From Prochlorococcus sp. AG-355-J23 (GTDB taxonomy: Bacteria; Cyanobacteriota; Cyanobacteriia; PCC-6307; Cyanobiaceae), in NCBI GenBank assembly GCA_003278705.1, contig QCDR01000002.1, positions 52,593 through 116,592 of the forward strand: a stretch of DNA of 64,000 nucleotides. Reading direction: 5' to 3'. Shown here one piece after another: positions 1-9,673 of the stretch. The translations under genes and the position numbers were made by a program. Every line of letters begins with the position of its first letter. Positions within the stretch are counted from its first letter, which is position 1. The notes under the pieces were generated by a model, which worked only from the letters and a program-made list of their open reading frames with translations, was not told the DNA's origin and made no database searches.

Positions 1-328
1 TTTCCGCTTTTAAATATAATTCATCATTTTTTATAGATAATCTTTTTATTGTAAATTCTCCGTCTATCATTGCAATGATGATATTCCCTGGCCTGGCTGT
101 TAAGCTCTTGTCTACTATTATTAAATCTTTATCTTTAATTCCTGCATTTATCATTGAGTCACCTTTAACTCTAAGAAAAAAAGTGCTAAAAGGATTAGAT
201 ATTAAATGTTCGTTTAAATCAATATTTTCTTCTGTATAGTCATCTGCAGGAGAAGGAAACCCTGCTGATACCGAATCAGTTAATAAGGGTATTTTAAATA
301 TTTTAGTAGTTGAATCAAAAGAATCCAA
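1..328 (-). CDS. umuD: SOS mutagenesis protein UmuD (LexA/S24 peptidase family), 3' end runs off the window
   Basis: Not in ORF track. Manual translation from TTG at 328: MDSFDSTTKIFKIPLLTDSVSAGFPSPADDYTEENIDLNEHLISNPFSTFFLRVKGDSMINAGI...GEFTIKRL. Contains the AGFPSPA cleavage site, GDSM catalytic Ser and TIKRL catalytic Lys. Confidence 0.93.
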   Translation of the reverse strand, partial: MDSFDSTTKIFKIPLLTDSVSAGFPSPADDYTEENIDLNEHLISNPFSTFFLRVKGDSMINAGIKDKDLIIVDKSLTARPGNIIIAMIDGEFTIKRLSIKNDELYLKAE

Positions 329-339
329 GATGAAATTAA

Positions 340-355
340 TAGTATATATGTACTA
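340..355. promoter_or_regulatory. LexA (SOS) box upstream of umuD
   Basis: Near-palindrome TAGTATATATGTACTA, one mismatch from the cyanobacterial AGTAC-N4-GTACT box, 11 bp upstream of the umuD start. Confidence 0.8.
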
Positions 356-425
356 TATAGCAAAAATCAAAAAATAGTTAGTTATTAAACTTTTATAAAT
401 TAATTTTAGATTGAATCTAATCTTT

Positions 426-842
426 TTAAGAACGATGGTAAGGGGAGTTGTTTGATATAGAAATAGCTCTATAGATTTGCTCGATTAGGATTAATCTAGC
501 TAATTCATGAGGAAAAGTTAAAGGAGACAGGCTTAGTACAAGATCTGATTTTTCTTTTATATCTGAACTAACTCCATCAGTATCACCGATTAAGAAATTA
601 ATTTTTTTATTTTTAAAATTCAAGAGTAAGGAACATAGTTCAACTGAATTAAACTGTTTTCCTTCTTCACTTAGGCAGATAATAATATTGTTATTGGATC
701 TAAGATTATTTAAATTAAAAGCCTTTAACTCATTAATGATAAGTTCAGGCATTCTTTTTTTGTATTGATTAATTCCATCTCTAATCCAAAGTTTCTTTAT
801 TTTGCCGATAGCATAAATTGCTAATCTATTACTCTGAATCAT
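426..842 (-). CDS. rlmH: 23S rRNA pseudouridine-1915 N3-methyltransferase RlmH (SPOUT)
   Basis: [32 protein letters not shown] and C-terminal PYHR motifs. Confidence 0.93.
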   Translation of the reverse strand: MIQSNRLAIYAIGKIKKLWIRDGINQYKKRMPELIINELKAFNLNNLRSNNNIIICLSEEGKQFNSVELCSLLLNFKNKKINFLIGDTDGVSSDIKEKSDLVLSLSPLTFPHELARLILIEQIYRAISISNNSPYHRS

Positions 843-861
843 AAGTAAATATCAAAAATAA

Positions 862-1194
862 TTATTCATCAAGAAGATAATTAAATTCATCATATAGTTC
901 CTCTTCGGTTGTTAATTCCTTGGAAAAATTATCTTTTTTAGAATTCATATTATTTTGATTAATCTCACTTTGTCTTAGTGAATTATTAACGTTAGAAGTC
1001 TCTTCTAAAGATTCTGAATTATCAATTAAGGAATAAAAAATTTTATTGGGATCTTCTGAATTAAGTGAATTGGTGATTAAATTATCATTATTAGTTATAT
1101 TTATATAATTATTTATATTTTTACTTTCGTTATTTAAATTTTTCTTTTTTTTAAATTTATTGAGTTTATCTAAATTTTTTTTTGATAAGCTCAT
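862..1194 (-). CDS. Hypothetical protein, Asn/Lys-rich with acidic C-terminal helix
   Basis: 110-aa ORF filling the gap between rlmH and rsmA; ends TTEEELYDEFNYLLDE. Confidence 0.7.
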   Translation of the reverse strand: MSLSKKNLDKLNKFKKKKNLNNESKNINNYINITNNDNLITNSLNSEDPNKIFYSLIDNSESLEETSNVNNSLRQSEINQNNMNSKKDNFSKELTTEEELYDEFNYLLDE

Positions 1195-1250
1195 GATATA
1201 AAGAATTAAATAAATTCATATTTAATTTAAACATATTATTTATCTTTTAG

Positions 1251-2075
1251 ATGAATTCTAAAAACTATCATCAAAAAAAAAGATTTGGACAACACTGGTT
1301 GGTAAATAAAAAAATATTAGAAAAAATTAAAGAAATTGCTGTTCTTAATGAAAATGACTTTATTTTAGAAATTGGTCCTGGTAAAGGAGCTTTAACATCT
1401 AAGTTGTTAGATTCAGAAATTAAAAAATTACATGCAATTGAATTAGATAAAGATTTAATAAATTTATTAAATGAAAAATTCAATAATAATGATAAGTTTT
1501 CACTGCAGCAGGGAGATATTCTTTCTGTAAATTTAGATTCGATTAATAAGAAGATTACAAAAGTGATTGCAAATATTCCTTACAATATAACTGGCCCAAT
1601 ATTGGATATTTTCATAGGTCGATTGGGCATTATAAGAAACTATAATTACGAAAAAATAATATTTTTAATGCAGAAAGACGTTGTAGATAGGATTTTATCA
1701 AAAGAAGGTAGTCCTAATGCTGGTGCGCTTAGTATAAGAATGCAACTTATATCAAAAATAAAAAGAATATGTGATGTGCCGCCTTCATCATTTAGTCCGC
1801 CTCCAAAAGTTTTTTCTTCTTTAGTAGTTTTCGAACCAATTAAAAATGATTTAAGATTAGATATTAGTCTAGAAAAATATATAGATAAACTTCTTCGAAT
1901 TACATTTAATTCAAGAAGAAAAATGCTTAGAAATACACTTAATTCAATACTTTCAAATGAAGAGATAAATGAATTATCTGAATCTTCAAAAGTTTGTTTT
2001 AATTTAAGACCACAAGATATTTCAATTGACCAATGGATTAAGCTTGCAGAAAATTGTATTAAAATTAAAAAATAA
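1251..2075 (+). CDS. rsmA: 16S rRNA adenine dimethyltransferase RsmA/KsgA
   Basis: [30 protein letters not shown] and FSPPPKV motifs. Confidence 0.97.
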   Translation: MNSKNYHQKKRFGQHWLVNKKILEKIKEIAVLNENDFILEIGPGKGALTSKLLDSEIKKLHAIELDKDLINLLNEKFNNNDKFSLQQGDILSVNLDSINKKITKVIANIPYNITGPILDIFIGRLGIIRNYNYEKIIFLMQKDVVDRILSKEGSPNAGALSIRMQLISKIKRICDVPPSSFSPPPKVFSSLVVFEPIKNDLRLDISLEKYIDKLLRITFNSRRKMLRNTLNSILSNEEINELSESSKVCFNLRPQDISIDQWIKLAENCIKIKK

Positions 2076-2087
2076 AAATTTAAGTAT

Positions 2088-3023
2088 ATGCAAGATTTAG
2101 CTAGAAAGAAAATTAATATAAAATCCCCTGCCAAAATAAATTTGCACCTTGAAGTTATTGGTAAAAGAGAGGATGGATTTCATGAGTTGGCAATGATTAT
2201 GCAAAATATCGATCTTGCTGATTATTTAGAATTTGAAATTAATAATGAAGGTTTAATTAAACTTGAGTCTGATTGTAATGATTTGAGCCTATCTTATGAT
2301 AACTTAATTGTTAAATCGGCAAACCTATTAAGGAAAAATTCAAATATAGATTACGGTGCGAATATATTTTTAAGAAAAAATATCCCAATTGGCGCAGGAT
2401 TAGCTGGTGGATCCAGTAATGCAGCAGCAACATTAATTGGTCTTAATAATTTATGGGATTTGAAATTAGATCAAGAAACTTTATGTTCATTAGCATCAAC
2501 TTTAGGATCTGATATTCCCTTTTTTATAAATGGTGGTGTTCAATTATGTTTTGGAAGAGGCGAAATTTTGGAGAAATTAGATTCAACTCTTGAATATGGA
2601 GCAATTCTTTTAAAAAATCCGAATGTATCAGTATCAACTGCTGAAACTTATAAAAAATATAGTAATAGATTTTGTGATCAATATCTTACTGATAGAGAAA
2701 TGATTGAGAACATAAGAAAAAATTTAAGAGATAATGGTTTAAATAACTTAAATTTTAATAATCAACATTTATCTATTAAAAATGATTTGCAGTTAGTTGT
2801 TGAAAATGAAAATGATTCTGTAAAGCAGGCATTATATTTACTTTCTAAATTAGAAAATTGTCTCACATTTTCAATGAGTGGATCAGGCCCTACATGCTTT
2901 GCACTCTTTAAAGATATAGAGACTGCTAAAAAGGAATTAACTGCAAATTCTAAATTATTTAAAGAAAAAGGCTATGATTCATGGGTTTGCACTTTCCTTG
3001 AAAAGGGAATAACATTCATTTAA
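2088..3023 (+). CDS. ispE: 4-diphosphocytidyl-2-C-methyl-D-erythritol kinase
   Basis: PAKINLHL, KNIPIGAGLAGGSSNAA (GHMP kinase) and MSGSGPTCF motifs. Confidence 0.97.
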   Translation: MQDLARKKINIKSPAKINLHLEVIGKREDGFHELAMIMQNIDLADYLEFEINNEGLIKLESDCNDLSLSYDNLIVKSANLLRKNSNIDYGANIFLRKNIPIGAGLAGGSSNAAATLIGLNNLWDLKLDQETLCSLASTLGSDIPFFINGGVQLCFGRGEILEKLDSTLEYGAILLKNPNVSVSTAETYKKYSNRFCDQYLTDREMIENIRKNLRDNGLNNLNFNNQHLSIKNDLQLVVENENDSVKQALYLLSKLENCLTFSMSGSGPTCFALFKDIETAKKELTANSKLFKEKGYDSWVCTFLEKGITFI

Positions 3024-3047
3024 ATTTTTTTTATATAAAAATCTATA

Positions 3048-3350
3048 GTGGCTGATAATAGTAATGAGAATATTGAAAAAAATATTCCCGAAAAAGGACC
3101 TTTAAATTTTATTGTTGGATCATTAACAAGTTTTTTATTATTTATATTTTTTTATTTTTTAAGTAATAAAATTGCAATTTATTTTTCAGTACATAAACCC
3201 TCTAATTCTTCTGAAATTGTCCAAAATATTTCCTCTAGTATTAATACATTAATAATTGGATTATCTTTTTTGCTAACTTTTTCTTTTGCTTTTATAGGTA
3301 TAGGTCTTTTTATTGTATTTATTCGAAGTTTTATTGTGAAGAAAAGTTGA
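3048..3350 (+). CDS. Membrane protein, DUF3082-like
   Basis: Two hydrophobic helices, KGPL and VQNISS motifs, position after ispE as in other picocyanobacteria. Confidence 0.7.
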   Translation: MADNSNENIEKNIPEKGPLNFIVGSLTSFLLFIFFYFLSNKIAIYFSVHKPSNSSEIVQNISSSINTLIIGLSFLLTFSFAFIGIGLFIVFIRSFIVKKS

Positions 3351-3384
3351 ATTGCCAATATTATTAAGAAAACACTTTCTTTGA

Positions 3385-3480
3385 ATGTCTTTACATGACT
3401 TAGGCCTTTTAGTCCTTTTGCTGTCGCCAGGAATGATTTTATCAATATTACTACTCATAACCTTCGCTGAAGGAGGTTGA
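3385..3480 (+). CDS. 31-aa single-TM small protein (not in ORF track)
   Basis: ATG at 3385 to TGA at 3480: MSLHDLGLLVLLLSPGMILSILLLITFAEGG. Fills the gap, is co-oriented with neighbours and is GC-richer than flanking spacers. Confidence 0.7.
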   Translation: MSLHDLGLLVLLLSPGMILSILLLITFAEGG

Positions 3481-3529
3481 ATTATTCAAAGTGGTAGGAT
3501 TATATATGTGATTAATTAGGTAATTAATT

Positions 3530-4513
3530 GTGGCTGGAACATTATTATTTAATGCTTTGAAAGAGGCAATTGATGAAGAAATGGCAAATGATGTAAATGT
3601 TTGCGTAATGGGGGAAGATGTTGGTCAATATGGAGGATCTTATAAGGTAACTAAGGATTTATATGAAAAATATGGAGAGTTAAGAGTCTTAGATACTCCA
3701 ATTGCAGAGAATAGTTTTACAGGTATGGCTGTGGGTGCGGCAATGACTGGCTTAAGACCAATAGTAGAAGGAATGAATATGGGTTTTTTGCTTTTAGCAT
3801 TTAATCAGATATCAAACAATATGGGTATGCTTAGATATACGAGTGGCGGAAATTATAAAATACCAGCTGTAGTTCGAGGACCTGGTGGAGTTGGTCGTCA
3901 ACTTGGTGCTGAGCATAGCCAAAGACTTGAAGCATATTTTCATGCAGTTCCTGGCATAAAGATTGTTGCATGTAGTACGCCCACAAATGCTAAAGGTTTA
4001 ATGAAAGCAGCTATAAGAGATGATAATCCGGTTCTATTTTTCGAACATGTTCTTCTATACAATTTGTCTGAAGAATTACCTGAGGGTGATTATACTTGCG
4101 CTTTAGATCAGGCTGACGTTGTAAAAGAAGGAAAAGATATTACTTTATTGACTTATTCAAGAATGAGACATCACTGCCTTAAAGCTGTTGAAGAATTAGA
4201 AAAAAAAGGAATAGATGTTGAGTTAATAGATTTAATAAGTTTAAAACCATTTGATATGGAAACTATCTCAAAATCATTAAGAAAAACAAATAAAGTAATT
4301 ATTGTTGAAGAATGTATGAAGACTGGAGGTATTGGCGCAGAATTAATTGCCTTGATAACAGAAGAGTGTTTCGATGATCTTGATGCCCGACCAATTAGAT
4401 TATCTAGTCAGGATATTCCAACTCCTTATAATGGAAATCTTGAAAATTTGACAATAATCCAACCACATCAAATAGTTGAAAAAGTTGAACACTTAATTAG
4501 TGGGAGTATATAG
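3530..4513 (+). CDS. pdhB: Pyruvate dehydrogenase E1 beta subunit
   Basis: [20 protein letters not shown] and GAEHSQRLE motifs. Confidence 0.97.
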   Translation: MAGTLLFNALKEAIDEEMANDVNVCVMGEDVGQYGGSYKVTKDLYEKYGELRVLDTPIAENSFTGMAVGAAMTGLRPIVEGMNMGFLLLAFNQISNNMGMLRYTSGGNYKIPAVVRGPGGVGRQLGAEHSQRLEAYFHAVPGIKIVACSTPTNAKGLMKAAIRDDNPVLFFEHVLLYNLSEELPEGDYTCALDQADVVKEGKDITLLTYSRMRHHCLKAVEELEKKGIDVELIDLISLKPFDMETISKSLRKTNKVIIVEECMKTGGIGAELIALITEECFDDLDARPIRLSSQDIPTPYNGNLENLTIIQPHQIVEKVEHLISGSI

Positions 4514-4516
4514 ACA

Positions 4517-5986
4517 ATGAAAAAAAGGCAGGGTTGGCTTTTTTTTATTATATTTCTACTTACTTTATCTGTTTATCTATTAATAAATTATCCCTTACAG
4601 TTGGGATTGGATTTACAAGGGGGGTCTCAACTTACACTACAAATTATTAAAGAGGATGGTAAGGTAACAAGTGATGAACTTGTAGCAGTTAATTCGGTCA
4701 TAGATAGGCGAGTTAACAATTTAGGAGTTTCTGAGTCTAATTTGCAAACCCTCGGTAGAGATCAATTGATTTTAGAATTGCCAGGAGAACAAAATCCATT
4801 AGTTGCTTCAAGGGTATTAGGTAAGACTGCTTTATTAGAATTTAGAACCCAAAAAGAAGGAACATCTAGAGATTTAAAAACCCTGCAACTACAGAGATTT
4901 AGTATTAAAGAATTAATTGAACAATATTCATTTGCAGAAAAAATTCAAAATGATGATGATTTCTTTAAAGTTATTCAAGATAATCTTAAAGATATAGAGC
5001 AAGAATTGAATTACTCATCTACTAGTAATGATTTATATGGGAAGTTAATTGAAATCAAAAAATATGTTGATAAAGAAATTACAAATTTATTTACTAAAAC
5101 AGATTTATCTGGTAAGGATCTTATTAACGCAGGAAGGAGACAAGAACAAACAAATAGTAATTGGGAAGTTTTATTAACTTTTAGTAATTCAGGAGGTGAA
5201 AAGTTTTCAGAAATCACAAAGTCAATTGCTGGCACTAATCAACTATTGGCTATTATTCTTGATGGTGAATCAATAAGTGAAGCTAGTGTTGGTAGTCAGT
5301 TTGCTAGTACTGGGATTACAGGTGGATCAGCAACAATAAGCGGTAATTTTAGCGCTGAAGATGCTAGAGAATTAGAAGTTCAACTTAAAGGTGGTTCATT
5401 GCCATTGCCAATAGAAATAGTAGAAACTAATACAATAGGAGCTCTATTAGGATCCAAAAACATTTTAAAAAGTCTTTATGCAGCAATTATTGGATTAATT
5501 TTTGTTGGTATATTTATGATTTTTAATTATAGAATTCTAGGTTTTGTTTCAGTTCTTTCTCTAGTACTATATGGTTTCTTTAATTTGGCCCTATATTCTT
5601 TAATTCCTGTAACTTTAACTTTACCTGGAATTTCTGGTCTTATTCTTAGCATTGGTATGGCTGTTGATGCAAATATTCTTATATTTGAGAGAATTAGAGA
5701 AGAATTATATGACGGTAATACTCTTACAAGATCTATTGATAGTGGTTTTCAAAGAGCTAATTCATCCATAGTTGATGGCCATATTACAACTCTTCTTAGT
5801 TGTTTTGTATTGTTTTTATTGGGAACAAATTTTGTTAAGGGTTTTGCGGCAACATTAGGTATTGGAGTCTTAATAAGCTTGTTTACCTCATTAAATTGTT
5901 CTAAAACTATTTTGCGATTTTTTACAACATATCAATCTTTGAGGCAGAAAAATCTCTATCTGCCAAGGAATAATTTTTCAAATTAA
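4517..5986 (+). CDS. secD: Protein translocase subunit SecD
   Basis: LGLDLQGG, RRVNNLGVSE and GMAVDANILIFERIREE motifs. Confidence 0.97.
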   Translation: MKKRQGWLFFIIFLLTLSVYLLINYPLQLGLDLQGGSQLTLQIIKEDGKVTSDELVAVNSVIDRRVNNLGVSESNLQTLGRDQLILELPGEQNPLVASRVLGKTALLEFRTQKEGTSRDLKTLQLQRFSIKELIEQYSFAEKIQNDDDFFKVIQDNLKDIEQELNYSSTSNDLYGKLIEIKKYVDKEITNLFTKTDLSGKDLINAGRRQEQTNSNWEVLLTFSNSGGEKFSEITKSIAGTNQLLAIILDGESISEASVGSQFASTGITGGSATISGNFSAEDARELEVQLKGGSLPLPIEIVETNTIGALLGSKNILKSLYAAIIGLIFVGIFMIFNYRILGFVSVLSLVLYGFFNLALYSLIPVTLTLPGISGLILSIGMAVDANILIFERIREELYDGNTLTRSIDSGFQRANSSIVDGHITTLLSCFVLFLLGTNFVKGFAATLGIGVLISLFTSLNCSKTILRFFTTYQSLRQKNLYLPRNNFSN

Positions 5987-6007
5987 AAATTTTTTTTCTA
6001 AGTAGCC

Positions 6008-6922
6008 ATGAAATACAATCTTGAACTAATAAAAAATAAAAAAAAGATAATTAGTTTCTCAACTGTTCTTATTTTGTTGAGTCTGCTAGGGATTTTATAT
6101 TCTACATTTAATACTTCTTATAAGAAACCTATAAATTTAGGGATGGATTTTGTTGGGGGTAATGAACTAAGAATAGAAAGAGTTTGTGAAGCGGAATGTT
6201 CTAATCTTTCCCCTGATTCAGTTTTGGATAATTTAAGAGAGATCTCTAAAAATAATAATGTTTTAAATAATATTAAATTACAATTCCAAAATAATAATAA
6301 ATTAATATCAATAAGAACACCTTATTTAAGTATTGAAGAATCAAATAATCTTATTACTAATCTTGATAATATTATTGGACCTCTGAATTATGAGAGTAAG
6401 GATTCAAGATTAATAGGTCCAAAGCTTGGGAAAAGATTACTTACTAATTGTGTTACTTCATTATTAGTTTCTTTATTTGCAATTTCTCTATATATAACCA
6501 TTAGATTTGATAAAAAATATGCATTATTTGCATTATTAGCTTTATTCCATGATTTATTTATTGTTTTCGGAATATTCTCTTGGTTGGGAATTATATTATC
6601 CGTCGAGGTAAACAGTTTATTTGCTGTGTCATTGTTAACTATTGCTGGCTATTCTGTAAATGATACAGTTGTTATATTTGATAGAATTCGTGAGAATTTA
6701 AAATCAAAGAAAGAAGGCTATAACGAAACTATTCAATTATCAGTTAACGAATCATTTAGAAGAACAACTTTTACAAGTATTACAACCCTTATCCCTTTAT
6801 TAAGCATAATTTTGTTTGGATCTTACTCACTATTTTGGTTTTCTTTGGCCTTATCATTAGGAATAATAGTTGGAAGTTATTCAAGTATTTTATTGGCTCC
6901 ATCTTTGTTGCTGAAAGACTGA
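6008..6922 (+). CDS. secF: Protein translocase subunit SecF
   Basis: LGMDFVGG and GYSVNDTVVIFDRIRE motifs. Confidence 0.97.
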   Translation: MKYNLELIKNKKKIISFSTVLILLSLLGILYSTFNTSYKKPINLGMDFVGGNELRIERVCEAECSNLSPDSVLDNLREISKNNNVLNNIKLQFQNNNKLISIRTPYLSIEESNNLITNLDNIIGPLNYESKDSRLIGPKLGKRLLTNCVTSLLVSLFAISLYITIRFDKKYALFALLALFHDLFIVFGIFSWLGIILSVEVNSLFAVSLLTIAGYSVNDTVVIFDRIRENLKSKKEGYNETIQLSVNESFRRTTFTSITTLIPLLSIILFGSYSLFWFSLALSLGIIVGSYSSILLAPSLLLKD

Positions 6923-6940
6923 GTTTAACCTTCTAAAATT

Positions 6941-7123
6941 ATGAAATTGAATTACTATTTGATAATTTTATTTTCTTTAGTTTTAATAGATCTTTCTACC
7001 GAGTTAAGAATATTATTTGATCATTTTACATTTAGTTCACTATATTTTGCTATTGGCAAACATCCCTTAGCTTTCTTTATAATTTTTTCCTACCCATATT
7101 TATATAAAAAATTAATTAATTAG
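6941..7123 (+). CDS. Small hydrophobic hypothetical protein (60 aa) downstream of secF
   Basis: Starts 18 bp after the secF stop; two hydrophobic segments around ELRILFDHFT...HPLA. Confidence 0.7.
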   Translation: MKLNYYLIILFSLVLIDLSTELRILFDHFTFSSLYFAIGKHPLAFFIIFSYPYLYKKLIN

Positions 7124-7126
7124 TTT

Positions 7127-8170
7127 TTAAATATCTTTAAATGATTCTTTGATTAAAACCTGAATTACTACAGCTAATGGAAGAGAAAGTATTAAGCCTA
7201 AAGGACCAAAAATGAAAGTAAATCCAAATTGCGATATTAATGTCAAACCAGGTAGTAAGTTTGCTTTTTTCTTCATTATAGAAGGCATTATTATGTAGCT
7301 TTCAATATTTTGAATTATTACATATGCTCCTAAAACAGCCAGTGGCTTCCAAAAATTATCAAGTAGTGCAATAGAGATTGGAAATATACCACTAATAACT
7401 GGACCTATATTTGGAATTATATTAAGAACCATTGCTATTAAAGCATTTGAGACAACATATTTGACGTCTAATATAGACAAAACTATTAATGACAATAGAC
7501 CTACTGATAATGAGCTTATAACCATAGAAAAGGTCCAATTTGCTAATGCAATATTGCATTTTTCCAGAATATTTCTAAATTTGTTGCGATAATTTTTTGG
7601 AATTAAAAGAAGTATATTTTCTTTATACTGTTTTGGTTCAATAGAAATCATCAAACTCACTGCTAATACGAATATTAATTTCAAAAGACCTGAACCCAGA
7701 TTTCCGGCTATATTTATTAAATTCTTAAAACTTTCTTGGACAGCTTTTGCAATAGTTGAAGCATCTGGAATGGTAACTACATTATTTAAAAGACTGAATA
7801 TGTCTATAACATTTTCTGATTGTTCTCCATATAATAAACTATTAAATTTGTTCAAATTTGTATTAATCAAAATATTTATTTTTGATAAACCATTTGGAAT
7901 ATCAACTAGTATTTCATTGAATTCTTTTATAAACGGAGGCAATACAAGAATGAAAATAGTAAATACTATTACTGATATAACGGTTAAGACAAGAAACAAA
8001 GAAAGCGATCGGGGGATTTTCAAGCCCTTTTGTATTTGATTACATAAATTACATACAATATTTGAAATAACTAAAGAACAAATTATTAACAGGAGAAAAT
8101 CTCTTAAAGACCATAGTATTAAAGAAGTGATTAAAATTACTACTAACTTGAAATATGATGAACTATTCAA
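7127..8170 (-). CDS. AI-2E family transporter (PerM/UPF0118)
   Basis: Multi-TM protein with NIIPNIGP, IQNIESYIIMP and FGPLGLILSLPL motifs. Confidence 0.9.
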   Translation of the reverse strand: MNSSSYFKLVVILITSLILWSLRDFLLLIICSLVISNIVCNLCNQIQKGLKIPRSLSLFLVLTVISVIVFTIFILVLPPFIKEFNEILVDIPNGLSKINILINTNLNKFNSLLYGEQSENVIDIFSLLNNVVTIPDASTIAKAVQESFKNLINIAGNLGSGLLKLIFVLAVSLMISIEPKQYKENILLLIPKNYRNKFRNILEKCNIALANWTFSMVISSLSVGLLSLIVLSILDVKYVVSNALIAMVLNIIPNIGPVISGIFPISIALLDNFWKPLAVLGAYVIIQNIESYIIMPSIMKKKANLLPGLTLISQFGFTFIFGPLGLILSLPLAVVIQVLIKESFKDI

Positions 8171-8183
8171 TTTTCAGAACATT

Positions 8184-8537
8184 CTACTTCTTCTCAGAAT
8201 ATCCTAATCCATTTGATTTGGCATAACTATTTGCAAATCTCATAAATCTCTCAAAGTCTGATGTATTCTTCCAAATATAAACTGCTTCTAAAAATATGGG
8301 TTCTCCATCAACAAACTTTACTTTAACTTCCCTAGTTAGTATTTCACCTTCGGAATCAATCATACGCATACCCGTGATTTCACCGTCTGTAATTGAAGAT
8401 AATGCCTGAGGTTTTTCAAACAAAAATAGTGCTTGGCCGGTTGTACCATCCTTACTCCTAGTCAGTCTTATTTCAGGCACTACTGGTTCATCGGTTCCTT
8501 CATAAAATTGTATTTTTGCAGTTTTATTTGCGGTCAT
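8184..8537 (-). CDS. psb28: Photosystem II assembly factor Psb28
   Basis: [23 protein letters not shown]...[19 protein letters not shown]. Confidence 0.96.
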   Translation of the reverse strand: MTANKTAKIQFYEGTDEPVVPEIRLTRSKDGTTGQALFLFEKPQALSSITDGEITGMRMIDSEGEILTREVKVKFVDGEPIFLEAVYIWKNTSDFERFMRFANSYAKSNGLGYSEKK

Positions 8538-8597
8538 AATATTCAGTCAATAATTTACTATCTTAGGAAATATTTTTCACATTCGTTTGTAATTATT

Positions 8598-9638
8598 TTA
8601 TAAAACATTATTTATTAACTCTAGAATCCTTTCATCATATTTTTTGTCGGTTAAATCTAATAACTTTATATTTGTCTTGCCAACCTTTTCAAATTCATAA
8701 CACTTATCGTAATAATCTAGAACTGATTTGCAAACTAAGTCCCATTTCTCATTGTCAATTGATTCTAGAGCTATTTTTGTTCTTTGCGGTCCTAATCTTT
8801 TTTTTATCCTTAATACAGATTCTTGCAGTTCCTCTTTCTTAAAAACACTATAAGTATCTATCAACTCATCTAACCTGTTAGATTCACTTCTTATAATTTC
8901 AATTCTCCTAGAATTTTTCATCTGATTGAAGAATTCATGAGGAATTTTGCATTTACCTATATTTGCACTTTCAGCTTCTACAAAAATATTATTAGAACAT
9001 TTAAAAGAATTTAATTTTTCCGCAATTTTATTTTCAAATTGTTCATTCGAAGGTTGTTCTTTCATTCCTAGACCTCCAAATGTACTTCCTCTATGACAGG
9101 CAAATCCTTCAAGATCAATAGTTTGATATTTATATTTCTCTAGTAATGATAATAATCTTGTTTTCCCTGTTCCTGTTTTCCCGCTAATAACTACTATATT
9201 CATTTTTTTTGAGAAACTATCTAATACCCACCTTCTATATATTTTGTATCCTCCCTTAAGTGTTATTGGATTTAATTTGTATTTTTCTAGTAGCCAAGCA
9301 ATGCTTTGTGAACGCATTCCTCCTCTAGAGCAATATATTCTGATAAAAAATTCATTATTTTTATTAGGAATAGTTTTACAAGAATCAATATTCATGAATA
9401 AATCATCAAGAAGTAATTCCATTTTCTTTTCAAAAAATTTTAATCCCTCTATGACTGCTTTTTTTCTTCCTTCTTTTTTATAAATCGTGCCAATTATATT
9501 TCTCTCATCATTATCAAATAGTGGAATGTTAATAGAATTAGGCAGGTGTCCTTTATAATATTCACCTGGGCTTCTAACATCTATAAGTGGTCCTTTAAAA
9601 CGTCTAAATTTCTCTAGTTCTTTTCTTTTGAAACACAT
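8598..9638 (-). CDS. selU: tRNA 2-selenouridine(34) synthase SelU/MnmH
   Basis: Rhodanese domain (IDVRSPGEY, CSRGGMRS), P-loop GKTGTGKT, DLEGFACHRGSTFG and EAES motifs. Confidence 0.94.
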   Translation of the reverse strand: MCFKRKELEKFRRFKGPLIDVRSPGEYYKGHLPNSINIPLFDNDERNIIGTIYKKEGRKKAVIEGLKFFEKKMELLLDDLFMNIDSCKTIPNKNNEFFIRIYCSRGGMRSQSIAWLLEKYKLNPITLKGGYKIYRRWVLDSFSKKMNIVVISGKTGTGKTRLLSLLEKYKYQTIDLEGFACHRGSTFGGLGMKEQPSNEQFENKIAEKLNSFKCSNNIFVEAESANIGKCKIPHEFFNQMKNSRRIEIIRSESNRLDELIDTYSVFKKEELQESVLRIKKRLGPQRTKIALESIDNEKWDLVCKSVLDYYDKCYEFEKVGKTNIKLLDLTDKKYDERILELINNVL

Positions 9639-9673
9639 GGATAGTTTTTATTTTTTTAGAATGATTTTTTAAA

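Noticed and set aside
1271-2134. Antisense ORFs 1271-1483 and 1646-2134
   Set aside because: Shadow frames opposite rsmA/ispE with no motifs.
3179-3458. Minus-strand ORFs of 88 and 61 aa, and the idea of an SRP RNA or other ncRNA in the 3350-3530 gap
   Set aside because: The ORFs are antisense to DUF3082 and the 31-aa ORF. I found no SRP-type stem-loop, and the plus-strand TM peptide explains the raised GC content better.
3385-3480. 31-aa ORF as a VemP/ApdA-type secDF arrest peptide
   Set aside because: No RAPP/RAGP-like motif, too short, and separated from secD by the whole pdhB gene.
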